Source: an uncultured Chromatiales bacterium
Lineage (GTDB): Bacteria; Pseudomonadota; Gammaproteobacteria; SZUA-140
Direction of reading: 5' to 3'
DNA length: 64,000 bases
NCBI GenBank assembly: GCA_964581365.1
Contig: CAZOOF010000002.1
Location: 9,826 to 73,825, forward strand
Part shown: one piece after another, positions 9,732 through 19,804 of the stretch
Numbering within the stretch: position 1 is the stretch's first letter
Layout of the letters: each line of letters starts with the position of its first letter
Notes under the pieces: model-generated
Told to the model about the DNA's origin: nothing
What the model saw: only the letters and a program-made list of their open reading frames with translations
Databases searched by the model: none
Position numbers and translations under genes: made by a program

Positions 9732-10354
9732 AGCGAGAAGGACAGTCCGAGCGAGAAGAAGTCGACGTCGAATTCTCCGCTGAAACTGTCGAGTATATTT
9801 TTGTAGCGCTCCCACTCCAGATGCACGGAGGTGAGATAGTTGATCTGGTAGGAGACGCCCGCGCCGAAAGCAAGTTCGGTATCGGATTCGCTGTCCCGGA
9901 ACGTACCGCAGGAATCGCTCTCGCGCGCATCCCAGTCCCAGGCGAAGATGCCGAACTTGCCGTAGATGTTGAAGTCACGACCGACCGGCACATTGCCGAT
10001 CAGAGACGCACCAAAGCCGTCGACCTCGACCTCGCTTGATACCGGGCCTTCGCACCAGTGATCGACCTGCGCGCCGGCATCGCCGCGAAACGAGCTGTCC
10101 CCAAGATTCGCGTAATAGAATTCCGCGCCAATGTTGGGCGTGATGCGATAGCCACCAAACAGCTTGTAGCCGGTATCCGAATCATCGACGGAGTTGGAAT
10201 TGCCGATCAGGTTGCCGTCGTTGTAGTCGGAGACACTCAGATCGTAGCTGGTGCCGCCGAACGCGAAGCCCAGATAGGGGCCCGGTTCCCAGGCATGGGC
10301 CGCCCCCGCCATGGCCGCGCACACAACGATGCCGCCACTTAGAATTCGTTTCAT
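9725..10354 (-). CDS. Outer-membrane beta-barrel protein (OmpA-like barrel/OmpW-type small OMP).
   Basis: Signal peptide MKRILSGGIVVCAAMAGAAHA, amphipathic beta-strand periodicity, and a C-terminal …LSFSLY aromatic. Confidence 0.7.
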   Translation of the reverse strand: MKRILSGGIVVCAAMAGAAHAWEPGPYLGFAFGGTSYDLSVSDYNDGNLIGNSNSVDDSDTGYKLFGGYRITPNIGAEFYYANLGDSSFRGDAGAQVDHWCEGPVSSEVEVDGFGASLIGNVPVGRDFNIYGKFGIFAWDWDARESDSCGTFRDSESDTELAFGAGVSYQINYLTSVHLEWERYKNILDSFSGEFDVDFFSLGLSFSLY

Positions 10355-10454
10355 GGCTTCGTCCTCCTGATGCCTCACCACACCATATTACGCAGAGGAA
10401 GGCGCAAGATACAGAAGAAAAGCGAGCGTCGTTCCCAGTCCAAGCCAAGCTGCG

Positions 10455-11255
10455 TCACATCAGCAACTGCACCGCCACCACCGCCAGAAGCAGAGCAAAC
10501 AGCTGCTTCAGCAGCGCGACCGGCAGTACGTGAGTGAGACGCGCACCGATCGGTGCAGTAATGATGCTGCCCGCGCCGATGGCGAACATGGCCGGCCAGT
10601 ACACATAGCCGCTGGCCGCATCCGGAAGCGCGTGGCCGCCCGCGCCGCCCATGAAGATATAGCCGATGCTGCCGGCAACAGCGATCGGCAGCCCGCAGGC
10701 CGCTGAGGTAGCGATGGCGTTGCGAATGGCGATGCCGCGCGCGAGCAGAAACGGGGTGGTCAGGGAGCCGCCACCGATGCCGACCAGGGCCGACACCAGA
10801 CCGATCACGGTACCGGCGCAGGCAGCCAGACCCCGCCCTACATGACCGGCGCCGTGAGCAACTCGCGGCATCAGCCCGAAGGCGATCTGCAGCGACATCA
10901 CCAGCATGAAGATCGCAAACACGTAGCGCAGCGTTGTGGTATCGAGCTGCGCCGCGCACCAGGCGCCGCCCAGCGTCCCGAGCACGATACTGGGACCGAG
11001 TTGCCGCCAGACTGGCCACAGAATGGCGCCGCGACGCTGATGTCCCCACATCGAGGCGATCGACGTCGGCACGATGGACGCAAGCGATGTACCGATGGCG
11101 ACATGCATGAGCGCCTCCGCCGGAATCGACGGCTGCGCCGCGGTCCAGATGCAGACCAGCGCGGGAACGATGATCAAGCCACCGCCGACGCCGAACAGCC
11201 CGGCGAGCAGGCCGGTGGCCGCGCCGAGCGACAGATAATGAATCCATTCCTGCAT
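10455..11255 (-). CDS. TSUP-family (TauE/SafE) sulfite/anion exporter, membrane protein.
   Basis: 266 aa, multi-TM. The internal duplication with GxGGG motifs (FGVGGGLIIVPAL…GIGGGSLTTPFL) is typical of TauE/SafE. Confidence 0.8.
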   Translation of the reverse strand: MQEWIHYLSLGAATGLLAGLFGVGGGLIIVPALVCIWTAAQPSIPAEALMHVAIGTSLASIVPTSIASMWGHQRRGAILWPVWRQLGPSIVLGTLGGAWCAAQLDTTTLRYVFAIFMLVMSLQIAFGLMPRVAHGAGHVGRGLAACAGTVIGLVSALVGIGGGSLTTPFLLARGIAIRNAIATSAACGLPIAVAGSIGYIFMGGAGGHALPDAASGYVYWPAMFAIGAGSIITAPIGARLTHVLPVALLKQLFALLLAVVAVQLLM

Positions 11256-11277
11256 GCGAGCCGGCTACGGCGCCCGC

Positions 11278-12636
11278 TTAACGGACCCAGACCGAGGTGA
11301 AGTTGACGAACTCGTGGATGCCGTGGTGGGAAAGCTCCCGCCCGTAACCGGAATGACCCACACCGCCGAAAGGCAGGCGGGGATCGCTTTTTACCATACC
11401 GTTGACGAATGCGCAGCCACAGCGCAGGCGCAGCGCCAGGCGCTCACCGACGGTGACGTTGCGGGTCCACACGCTGCCACCAAGCCCGTAACGGGAATGG
11501 TTGGCAAGCTCCACCGCCTCATCGGCGCTGCCGGCGCGAGTGATGCTCGCGACCGGACCGAAAGTTTCCTCATCGAAAACCGGCATGCCCGGTTTGACGT
11601 GATCGAGAATCGAAGCCGCGTAGTAGGCGCCTGGCCCATCGAGTGGGCGACACCCGGTGACGGGCACAGCGCCTTGCGTGATGCTCTGCTCAACCAGGCG
11701 GTGAAGCGAGTCGCGCAAATCGGCACGTGCCAGCGGCGCCAGCGTCGTGTCGGGCGCCGAAGGATCACCTGGACGCAGCGCCTCCACGCGGTCTTTCAGG
11801 CGCGCGACGAATTCATCGACGATCCCGCCGACCACGATGAACCTCTTGGCGGCGATGCAGCTCTGCCCGGCGTTGCCATAGCGCGAACTCATGGCCCCGT
11901 CGACAGCCTGCTCGAGATCGGCGTCGGGAAGCACGATGAACGGATCCGCCCCCCCCAGTTCGAGCACGGTCTTCTTCAGCGCCGCCCCCGCGATCGCCGC
12001 TACTTGCCTGCCTGCCTCTTCGCTGCCGGTCAGGGTGACCGCATGCACGCGCGGGTCGCGTATCACCGCTTCGACCCCCGAGGCGGGAATCATGAGGGTA
12101 ATGAATACGCCTTCGGGAAGACCCGCTTCGCGCAGCACTTCCTCCACCGCCAGCGCACACTGGGGCACGTTCGAGGCGTGCTTGAGCAGCACGGTATTGC
12201 CTGCCGCCAGCGCCGGTGCCGCGAAACGGAACACCTGCCAGAAAGGGAAGTTCCACGGCATGATCGCCAGCACCGTGCCCAGAGGCCGGCAAGCGACATA
12301 ACTGCGCCTGGCCTCGGTGGCGACGTATTCATCGGCGAGAAAGGCAGCGGCATGCTCGGCATAGTATTCGCAGCCAAGCGCGCACTTTTCTATCTCGGCC
12401 TGAGCTTCGCCGGTCAGCTTGCCCATTTCCATGGTAGCCAGGCGCGCCAGGCTGTCGCGGCGCGACAGCAGCACTGCGGCCGCGCGCCGCAGGATCTCGC
12501 AGCGCTCGGCAAGCGGGGTGTCGCGCCACCTCGCGGATGCGCGCGCGGCCTGCGCCAGCATCGTTTCGATATGCTCGGCGTCCCAGGGTTCGAACGTGGC
12601 CAGCAGACGGCCATCGGCGGGATTGACGGACTTCAT
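11278..12636 (-). CDS. NAD(P)-dependent succinate-semialdehyde dehydrogenase (short GabD-like aldehyde dehydrogenase).
   Basis: About 452 aa. Has the ALDH catalytic Cys (GQSCIAAKR) and the Glu motif (LELGGADP). The start ATG is at 12636. Confidence 0.8.
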   Translation of the reverse strand: MKSVNPADGRLLATFEPWDAEHIETMLAQAARASARWRDTPLAERCEILRRAAAVLLSRRDSLARLATMEMGKLTGEAQAEIEKCALGCEYYAEHAAAFLADEYVATEARRSYVACRPLGTVLAIMPWNFPFWQVFRFAAPALAAGNTVLLKHASNVPQCALAVEEVLREAGLPEGVFITLMIPASGVEAVIRDPRVHAVTLTGSEEAGRQVAAIAGAALKKTVLELGGADPFIVLPDADLEQAVDGAMSSRYGNAGQSCIAAKRFIVVGGIVDEFVARLKDRVEALRPGDPSAPDTTLAPLARADLRDSLHRLVEQSITQGAVPVTGCRPLDGPGAYYAASILDHVKPGMPVFDEETFGPVASITRAGSADEAVELANHSRYGLGGSVWTRNVTVGERLALRLRCGCAFVNGMVKSDPRLPFGGVGHSGYGRELSHHGIHEFVNFTSVWVR

Positions 12637-12797
12637 GATGGCGTTCAGCTTACCATGACGCTGCCGGGATGCCAGCCGTCGATTCGGGACACCGCGGCTC
12701 CCGCTTGGGTACAATCTTGAATCGCGACCCGAATTCGCGTCCCCGGGCGCAAAGCGGGCCGGCGAAACGGCACGCCGATCAGGGACACACGAACGTA

Positions 12798-13787
12798 ATG
12801 GAAGAAGCGATGGAAGTCACAATCGAACCGGCGATCAAACCCAAGGTCTGCATCCTGGGTGGCACGGGCTTTGTCGGCGAGCACCTGGCCGCCGAGCTGG
12901 TGGAACACGGTTTCACGGTGCGCATTCCGACGCGCCGCCCCGTCCGCAGCCGCAGTCTGACCGTGCTGCCGGGCGCCGAGCTGGTAAACGCCAGCATTCA
13001 CCAACCGGGCGTGCTCGAGAATGTGCTACGCGGATGCGATGCCGTGGTCAATCTGGTCGGGATCCTGAATGAGGAACGGCGGGGAGATTTCCAGCGGGTG
13101 CACGTCGACCTGGTGGACCGGCTGATCGCGGCCTGTCGCGCCACGGGGGTGCGCCGACTGCTGCACATGAGCGCGCTGAACGCCGCGCCGCAGGCGAAAA
13201 GCGCCTACCTGCGCAGCAAGGGCGAGGGCGAAGAGCACGCCCATGCCGCCGGCGATCTGCAGGTCACCAGCTTCCGTCCCTCCGTCATCTTCGGGCCGGA
13301 CGATCACCTGTTCAATCGCTTCGCGTGCCTGCTGCGCTGCGCTCCGTTGATGCTTCCGCTCGCCTGCCCCAACGCCCGGATGTCGCCGGTGTTCATAGGC
13401 GATGTCGTGCACGCGATGCGCATCGCTCTGATCGATCCCGACACCACGGGTCAGCGCTACGATCTGTGCGGCCCACGCGCAATGACGCTGGAAGAGATCG
13501 TGCGCTACACCGCTGAGACCCTGAATATCGACAAGCGCATCGTGCCGCTCGGCGACGGGCTCTCCAGGCTGCAGGCACGCATTCTCGGACTGCTGCCTGG
13601 CCAGCTTTTCACCATGGACAATTATTTGTCCCTGAGCGTCGACGCCGTCTGTCGCGACCGGTTCCCGACCATTTTCGGCATCGACCCCCAGGATGTGGAA
13701 GCCGTGATCCCGATCTATCTCGGCGCCGCCAATCAGCGCGCCCGGCTCGATGAGGCCAGGCGCGCGGCCAGGCGATCGCCGAACTGA
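12798..13787 (+). CDS. NAD(P)H-binding NmrA/NDUFA9-like atypical short-chain dehydrogenase/epimerase.
   Basis: N-terminal Rossmann motif ILGGTGFVG plus YxxSK (YLRSK). Confidence 0.7.
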   Translation: MEEAMEVTIEPAIKPKVCILGGTGFVGEHLAAELVEHGFTVRIPTRRPVRSRSLTVLPGAELVNASIHQPGVLENVLRGCDAVVNLVGILNEERRGDFQRVHVDLVDRLIAACRATGVRRLLHMSALNAAPQAKSAYLRSKGEGEEHAHAAGDLQVTSFRPSVIFGPDDHLFNRFACLLRCAPLMLPLACPNARMSPVFIGDVVHAMRIALIDPDTTGQRYDLCGPRAMTLEEIVRYTAETLNIDKRIVPLGDGLSRLQARILGLLPGQLFTMDNYLSLSVDAVCRDRFPTIFGIDPQDVEAVIPIYLGAANQRARLDEARRAARRSPN

Positions 13788-13815
13788 GCTCCGGGGCGAT
13801 GCATCGGGGCCGCTC

Positions 13816-15045
13816 GTGAAAAGCTATATCGTCGGCGGCGCGGTGCGTGATCGCCTGCTCGGAATACCAGTAAAGGATCGCGACTGGGTGGTGGTCGGCG
13901 CAACTCCCGAGCAGATGCTGTCGCGGGGCTTCCGTCAGGTCGGGCGGGACTTTCCGGTGTTTCTACATCCGCGCACCCACGAAGAGTACGCGCTCGCCCG
14001 TACCGAGCGCAAAGTGGCTGCAGGCTATCACGGCTTCACGGTGCATGCGGCGCCGGAGGTGACACTGGAGGAGGACCTGGCGCGTCGCGATCTCACCATC
14101 AACGCCATGGCAGAGACGGAAACCGGCGAGCTGGTGGATCCCTACGGCGGCGCGGACGATCTGAAGCGCCGTGTTCTGCGTCACGTGTCGCCCGCTTTTG
14201 CCGAGGACCCGGTGCGCATCCTGCGTCTTGCGCGTTTTGCCGCGCGCTTTTCGTCGCTCGGGTTCACGGTCGCGCCGGAAACCATGGAGCTGATGCGGAA
14301 CATGGTGACTGCCGGGGAAGTCGCCGCCCTGGTGCCCGAACGCGTGTGGCAGGAGCTCGATCGCGCGCTCGGTGAGGAGCGGCCTTCCGCCTTTTTCGAG
14401 GTACTGCGTGAATGCGGCGCTCTCGCCGTGCTGATTCCCGAGCTCGATCGCCTGTGGGGTGTGCCGCAACCGGAGAAATGGCATCCCGAGATCGACACCG
14501 GCATCCATACGATGATGGTGCTGGAAGCCGCGGCCCGCCTCACCAGCGACCGGAGCGTACGCTTTGCCGCCCTTACCCATGACCTCGGCAAGGGAACGAC
14601 ACCGCCCGAGCAGTGGCCCCGTCACATCGCACACGAACGCCGCAGCGCGCGTCTAGTCCTGGAGGTTTGCGCCCGGCTTCGCTGCCCGGGCGAGTACCGC
14701 GACCTGGCGCTCGTCACCGCGCGTTTTCATGGCCAGTGTCACTCTGCCCTCGAACTGCGGCCGCGTACCGTGCTGCGGCTGCTCAATGCGCTCGACGCCT
14801 TCCGCAGACCGCAGCGCCTGGAGCGGTTCCTGCTGGCCTGCGAAGCGGATTTCCGCGGACGCCCGGGCTATGACATCAAAGACTATCCACAGGCCGATCG
14901 GTTGCGGCGTGCCCATGCCGCAGCCGCGGCGATCAGTGGCGGCGCGCTGCGAGACGAGGGATTCGAAGGCCGGGCGCTCGGCGCGGAACTCAACCGGCGT
15001 CGAATAGCGGCAATCGCCGCGCTGGGAGATACAAAGGCACAGTAA
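13816..15045 (+). CDS. cca: Multifunctional CCA-adding tRNA nucleotidyltransferase with HD phosphohydrolase domain.
   Basis: [16 protein letters not shown]…DRD… N-terminus as in E. coli Cca (MKIYLVGGAVRD). HD-domain residues (H…HD…D). A GTG start at 13816 is assumed. Confidence 0.85.
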   Translation: MKSYIVGGAVRDRLLGIPVKDRDWVVVGATPEQMLSRGFRQVGRDFPVFLHPRTHEEYALARTERKVAAGYHGFTVHAAPEVTLEEDLARRDLTINAMAETETGELVDPYGGADDLKRRVLRHVSPAFAEDPVRILRLARFAARFSSLGFTVAPETMELMRNMVTAGEVAALVPERVWQELDRALGEERPSAFFEVLRECGALAVLIPELDRLWGVPQPEKWHPEIDTGIHTMMVLEAAARLTSDRSVRFAALTHDLGKGTTPPEQWPRHIAHERRSARLVLEVCARLRCPGEYRDLALVTARFHGQCHSALELRPRTVLRLLNALDAFRRPQRLERFLLACEADFRGRPGYDIKDYPQADRLRRAHAAAAAISGGALRDEGFEGRALGAELNRRRIAAIAALGDTKAQ

Positions 15046-15090
15046 CCCGGGTGGCTCAGGACAGCGGGCGCTTCGGCAAAAGCTTGTCCG

Positions 15091-15702
15091 CTACTCCTCC
15101 CCCCAGCGCGGCACCAGTTCGTGCGGAACGTCCAGATGGTCCAGAATCCGGGCGACGACGAAATCGACCAGACCCGCGACATCCGTCGGCCGGTGATAGA
15201 AGCCCGGACAGGCCGGCATGATCACCACGCCGAGGCGCGCCAGCTTCAGCATGTGTTCCAGGTGAATGGCTGACAGCGGCATCTCGCGCGGCACCAGGAT
15301 CAGCTTGCGCTGCTCCTTCAGCGCCACATCGGCGGCCCGTTCGAGCAGGTTGTCGCTGCTGCCATTGGCGATGGCCGCCAGCGTGCCGCTGGTGCAGGGA
15401 CACACCACCATGGCGCGCGGCGCCCCTGAGCCGCTTGCCACCGGCGCGGTCCACTGATCCCTGCCGTAGACCTTGAGCTGCTCGTCGCGGGCGCCGAAAC
15501 GGGAGGCAAAGAAGGCGGCCATGTCACGCGGCGCCGATGGAACACGCAGATCGGTTTCCATGGACAGCACCACTTGCGCCGGCTGTGACACCATCAGCGC
15601 CACCTGCTCGCCGGCCGCGAGCAGGCATTCGAGCAGCCGCAGACCATAGGGCATGCCCGAAGCGCCGGTCCAGGCGAGAGCGATTGCTCTAGAGCTCGCC
15701 AT
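15091..15702 (-). CDS. ubiX: Flavin prenyltransferase UbiX.
   Basis: 203 aa, IALAWTGASG…VVCPCT…, the UbiX/Pad1 flavoprotein family. It overlaps the mpl 3' end. Confidence 0.85.
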   Translation of the reverse strand: MASSRAIALAWTGASGMPYGLRLLECLLAAGEQVALMVSQPAQVVLSMETDLRVPSAPRDMAAFFASRFGARDEQLKVYGRDQWTAPVASGSGAPRAMVVCPCTSGTLAAIANGSSDNLLERAADVALKEQRKLILVPREMPLSAIHLEHMLKLARLGVVIMPACPGFYHRPTDVAGLVDFVVARILDHLDVPHELVPRWGEE

Positions 15703-17062
15703 GACCGGCCAGCGCCGCAAGCAGACGATCGTGGATGCCTTCGAATCCGCCGTTGCTCATGATGAGGATATGGTCACCCGGCGATGCCTGGGCGGCAATA
15801 CGGGTCACGATGTCGGCGACGGTATCGAGCACCGCGCAGCGCGGTCCGATGGCCTCCGCTACCTCTTCCAGCGGCCAGCCGAGCCCTGGAGAGCGCAACA
15901 GGATGACCTCGTCGGCACCGGCGAGCGCGGGCGCCAGCGTCTCGCGGTGCACGCCCATTTTCATGGTGTTCGATCGCATCTCCAGCACCGCCACGATGCG
16001 ATTGCGTCCGATCCGCCGCCGCAGGGCATCGACCGTGCTCGCGATCGCGGTCGGATGGTGAGCAAAATCGTCGTAGACGCGAACGCCGTGAACCTCGCCG
16101 CGCAGCTCCAGCCGGCGCCGCACACCGCGAAACTCCGCCAGCGCGGCAAGCCCGGCAGCGAGCGGGACGCCGGCGTGGCGAGCGGCGAGCAAAGCGGCCA
16201 GGGCATTATCGACATTGTGCACGCCGGGAATATTCCAGCACACCTCGCCCCGGACCTCATCGCCTTCATAGAGCGTGAAGCCGCGCTCATTCAGACGCGC
16301 CCCCCATTCTCCTGCCCGCGGCTGTCGGCCGCCGCGCCGGAAGCGCTGCAGGGGCGTCCAGCACCCGCTCTCGATCACCTCCATCAGGGCTTCGTCGTCG
16401 GAGGGCATGACGATCATGCCATTGCCGGGCACGGTTCTCACCAGATGATGAAATTGCCGCTTGATGGCATCGAGATCGGGAAAGATATCGGCGTGGTCAT
16501 ACTCGAGATTGTTCAGGATCAGGGTGCGCGGACGGTAATGCACGAACTTCGACCGTTTGTCGAAGAAGGCGGAATCGTATTCATCGGCCTCGACGACGAA
16601 GAACGGCGTATCACCGAGACGCGCCGGGGCAGCGAAGTTGGCGGGCGCGCCCCCGATCAGATAGCCCGGACGCAGCCCGGCATGCTCCAGAATCCAGGCC
16701 AGCATGCTGGAGGTGGTGGTCTTGCCATGAGTGCCGGCAACGCCAAGCACCCAGCGTCCCTGCAGCACATGGCGCGCAAGGAACTCCGGACCGGACATAT
16801 AAGGAATATCACGCTCCAGCGCGTACTCCACCAGCGGATTGCCGCGCGAGAACGCATTGCCGATGACCAGCACATCGGGCGCCGGATTGAGCGTTGCCGG
16901 ATCGTATCCCTCGCTCATCGGGATACCGCTGGCACGCAGGAGCTCACTCATCGGCGGATAGGCTCCGAGATCCGAACCACTGACCTCATGGCCGAGTTCA
17001 CGGGCGAGCAGCGCCAATCCGCCCATGAAGGTACCGCAGATTCCAAGCACGTGAACGCGCAT
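15689..17062 (-). CDS. mpl: UDP-N-acetylmuramate:L-alanyl-gamma-D-glutamyl-meso-DAP ligase Mpl (murein peptide ligase).
   Basis: 457 aa. MRVHVLGICGTFMGGLA… with the Mur-ligase P-loop GTHGKTTT. It has the Mpl-like rather than MurC N-terminus. Confidence 0.85.
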   Translation of the reverse strand: MRVHVLGICGTFMGGLALLARELGHEVSGSDLGAYPPMSELLRASGIPMSEGYDPATLNPAPDVLVIGNAFSRGNPLVEYALERDIPYMSGPEFLARHVLQGRWVLGVAGTHGKTTTSSMLAWILEHAGLRPGYLIGGAPANFAAPARLGDTPFFVVEADEYDSAFFDKRSKFVHYRPRTLILNNLEYDHADIFPDLDAIKRQFHHLVRTVPGNGMIVMPSDDEALMEVIESGCWTPLQRFRRGGRQPRAGEWGARLNERGFTLYEGDEVRGEVCWNIPGVHNVDNALAALLAARHAGVPLAAGLAALAEFRGVRRRLELRGEVHGVRVYDDFAHHPTAIASTVDALRRRIGRNRIVAVLEMRSNTMKMGVHRETLAPALAGADEVILLRSPGLGWPLEEVAEAIGPRCAVLDTVADIVTRIAAQASPGDHILIMSNGGFEGIHDRLLAALAGHGEL

Positions 17063-17063
17063 G

Positions 17064-17576
17064 TCAGCCTCCGGGAAAGAAGATGGTGCGTGTCACGCTG
17101 AAGGACACGAACAGATAGAGCAGTGCGAGCAGCGTTCCCAGCGGCAGAATGGTGTTTACCGCATGACGCAGGACATGCCCGACGACCAGCAGATGCCACA
17201 ACAGCCAGATCCAGAGCAGCAGCGCGGCCATGCCTTGCGCGGGCGCCGCCACGCCCGCAGTTTGCCAGAGAACGATAGGGAGCGCGATCAGCTGCATGAC
17301 CGTACCGGAGCCATACAGCGCGATCAGCGTCTGGGGAAAGCGATTCAGCAGATCGCGTATCCACAGCAGGATCCACAGCAGGCCGGCGACCAGTCCGGCA
17401 TCGAACAGGGCGAGGAGGAACGCGGGCAGAATCGGCAGGCTGAGCACCGCCGCACCGAAGGCCAGGGTGGCGTACATGATGAAGCTCAAGCCGAGCAGAA
17501 AGCTGGAACCCGGCAGATCCTGCGGCGCCAGGCGCAGCAGACAGATGTCCAGAAATCTCAGCAGCAGCCTGATCAT
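17064..17576 (-). CDS. Hypothetical integral membrane protein (about 170 aa, 4-5 TM).
   Basis: Strongly hydrophobic helices. Lies immediately downstream of mpl on the same strand. Confidence 0.5.
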   Translation of the reverse strand: MIRLLLRFLDICLLRLAPQDLPGSSFLLGLSFIMYATLAFGAAVLSLPILPAFLLALFDAGLVAGLLWILLWIRDLLNRFPQTLIALYGSGTVMQLIALPIVLWQTAGVAAPAQGMAALLLWIWLLWHLLVVGHVLRHAVNTILPLGTLLALLYLFVSFSVTRTIFFPGG

Positions 17577-17598
17577 GGATCCGCCATCGGGCGTGCCT

Positions 17599-18474
17599 TC
17601 AGGCGCTGAAGTATTTCGCTTGGGGATGATGCACGACGATGGCGCTGGTGCTCTCCTCCGGCCAGAGCTGAAATTCGTCTCCGAGCACGACGCCGATGCG
17701 GGAGGCATCCAGCAGGTTCAGGATCTTGTCCTGATCGGCGAGCTCGGGACAGGCGGGGTAACCGAAGGAATAACGAGAACCCCTGTAGCCCTGTTTGAGC
17801 ATGTCGGCGATGGTGCGCGCATCTTCGCGGGCAAAGCCGAGTTCGGCCCGGATCCGTTTGTGCACGAATTCGGCCAGCGCCTCGGTGGTTTCCACATTGA
17901 GGCCATGGAGGTAGAGGTATTCCTGATACTGGTCGGCGGCAAACAGCGCGCGCGCGACGTCGGACGCATGCTGCCCTACGGTGACCACCTGGAATGCCAC
18001 GACATCCTTCATGCCCGATTCGACGGAACGGAAGAAATCCGCGATGCACAGCCCGCGCCCCTTTTTCTGCCGCGGGAACTGAAAACGGCAAATCTCCCGG
18101 TTATGGTCTTCCGCATCGTAAACGATCAGATCATCGCCGTCCGATTGACACGGAAAATAGCCGTAGACGGCCTGCGGTCGGATGATGTCTTCGCGTTCGG
18201 CGCGTTCGACGATGCGATTGAAGATCGGATCGACCTCGGTCCGCGCCCAGGCCTGGTACTCGGCCTCACCGCGGCCCGCGGCCTTGAAACCCCACTGGAA
18301 TCGATAAAGCGTCCGGCGGTTGATATAGGGCAGAACCGCGCGCAATGGCACACGTTCCAGACAGCGGCCGCCGTAAAATGGCGGCACAGGCACCGGATTG
18401 TCGGTCACCGGCCAGCGCGCGCCCGCGATGGCTTCCCTGTCATCATCCTGATTTTCCGGAGTCGTCTCGCTCAT
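17599..18474 (-). CDS. Standalone vitamin-B12-dependent methionine synthase activation (AdoMet-binding/reactivation) domain protein.
   Basis: Aligns along its length with the MetH C-terminal module (…FPYINRRTLYRFQWG…AVYGYFPCQSDGDDL…FPRQ…YLYLHGL…YRGSRYSFGYPACPEL…STSAIVVHHPQAKYF). Confidence 0.8.
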   Translation of the reverse strand: MSETTPENQDDDREAIAGARWPVTDNPVPVPPFYGGRCLERVPLRAVLPYINRRTLYRFQWGFKAAGRGEAEYQAWARTEVDPIFNRIVERAEREDIIRPQAVYGYFPCQSDGDDLIVYDAEDHNREICRFQFPRQKKGRGLCIADFFRSVESGMKDVVAFQVVTVGQHASDVARALFAADQYQEYLYLHGLNVETTEALAEFVHKRIRAELGFAREDARTIADMLKQGYRGSRYSFGYPACPELADQDKILNLLDASRIGVVLGDEFQLWPEESTSAIVVHHPQAKYFSA

Positions 18475-18524
18475 CGGGACATGATAACGTGACCCGCGCA
18501 AGGAAACGAGGCCACAGCGAAACC

Positions 18525-19418
18525 ATGCCGAAAGACGATATCTGGGCCACGATTTCGCGGCACGTGGAAACCGTGAGCGGCAAGCGCTTCGCCATCTCGC
18601 AGCGCGCTTCCGCGAGCGGTGGCTGCATCAATACCGCTCATGTCATTCATGGCCAGGATGGCTCGCGCTATTTCATCAAGCTGAACGATGCTGCGCATGC
18701 GGATATGTTCGCCGCCGAGCATGATGGACTGTTGGAGATTCAGCGCTCCGGCGCCATTCGCGTGCCGGAACCTCTGTGCCATGGCATGGCAGGAAGCCAT
18801 GCCTATCTGGTGCTCGAATATCTGGAACTTGGCCGCGGCACCGCGACCTGCGCCGCCCGGCTGGGCAGAGATCTGGCAGCCATGCACCGCCACACCCGGA
18901 ACGCGTACGGATGGCGCCGGGACAACACCATCGGCACGACGCCTCAGCCAAACGGGATACTCGAGGACTGGCCGACCTTCTGGAGACAGCGCCGCCTCGG
19001 CTTCCAGCTGGACCTGGCGGACCGCGCCGGATACTCACGTCTCGCGCGCGCAGGCGAACGGTTGCTCGATGCCCTGCCCGCGCTGTTCCAGGATCACCGG
19101 CCGGCCGCCTCCCTGCTGCATGGCGACCTGTGGTCGGGGAATCAGGCCTGCCTGAGAGATGGCACTCCGGTAGTCTATGACGTCGCCGTCTACTACGGCG
19201 ATCGGGAAACCGATATCGCCATGACCGAACTCTTCGGCCGCTTCCCGGATGCGTTCTATGCCGCATACCAGGAAGCATGGCCCCTGCCGCCCGGTTACGC
19301 GCTGCGCCGCGAGGTCTACAATCTCTACCATGTGCTCAACCATCTCAATCTGTTCGGCGGGGGCTATCTGGCCCAGGCCGAACAGATCATCCGGCATCTC
19401 CTGGCGAGCGCGGGCTGA
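18525..19418 (+). CDS. Fructosamine/ketosamine-3-kinase family protein (YniA-like).
   Basis: About 297 aa. Has the kinase-fold catalytic HGDLWSGN motif and the C-terminal …YNLYHVLNHLNLFGGGY typical of the FN3K family. Confidence 0.8.
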   Translation: MPKDDIWATISRHVETVSGKRFAISQRASASGGCINTAHVIHGQDGSRYFIKLNDAAHADMFAAEHDGLLEIQRSGAIRVPEPLCHGMAGSHAYLVLEYLELGRGTATCAARLGRDLAAMHRHTRNAYGWRRDNTIGTTPQPNGILEDWPTFWRQRRLGFQLDLADRAGYSRLARAGERLLDALPALFQDHRPAASLLHGDLWSGNQACLRDGTPVVYDVAVYYGDRETDIAMTELFGRFPDAFYAAYQEAWPLPPGYALRREVYNLYHVLNHLNLFGGGYLAQAEQIIRHLLASAG

Positions 19419-19459
19419 GCCGGTTGGCCACGGCGATGGGCCCGGATACAATAGCCGCG

Positions 19460-19804
19460 ATGAACGCCAAGCGCCTCTACCGTATCGCGTTTCTCAATGG
19501 CGGCAAGCTTTACGAGATCTACGCCCGCTCTGTTTCACAGAGTGAGCTGTACGGATTCGTCGCGATCGAGGAGATCGTTTTCGGCGAAAAATCGGCCCTG
19601 GTGGTCGATCCCGCCGAGGAACGGCTGAAGAGCGAATTCGCCGGAGTCCGTCGCAGCTACGTCCCGCTGCATGCCGTGGTCCGCATCGACGAGGTCGACA
19701 AGCAGGGGACGGCGAAAATCAGCGCCACCGGCGAGGGCAAGATCACGCCGTTCCCAGGCACCTTCTATGGCGCGGGCAAGCCGCCGGAATCGGGTGACGC
19801 CTGA
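19460..19804 (+). CDS. DUF1820-family small protein.
   Basis: [22 protein letters not shown]…VVRIDEV is a conserved hypothetical widespread in gammaproteobacteria. The family name is recalled, not searched. Confidence 0.55.
   Translation: MNAKRLYRIAFLNGGKLYEIYARSVSQSELYGFVAIEEIVFGEKSALVVDPAEERLKSEFAGVRRSYVPLHAVVRIDEVDKQGTAKISATGEGKITPFPGTFYGAGKPPESGDA

Noticed and set aside
11254-12720. 488-aa + strand ORF antisense to the aldehyde dehydrogenase gene
   Set aside because: The minus-strand product has canonical ALDH catalytic motifs. The + strand translation is featureless.
15653-17101. 482-aa + strand ORF antisense to mpl/ubiX
   Set aside because: mpl (Mur ligase P-loop) and ubiX are clear on the minus strand. 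The antisense frame has no domains.
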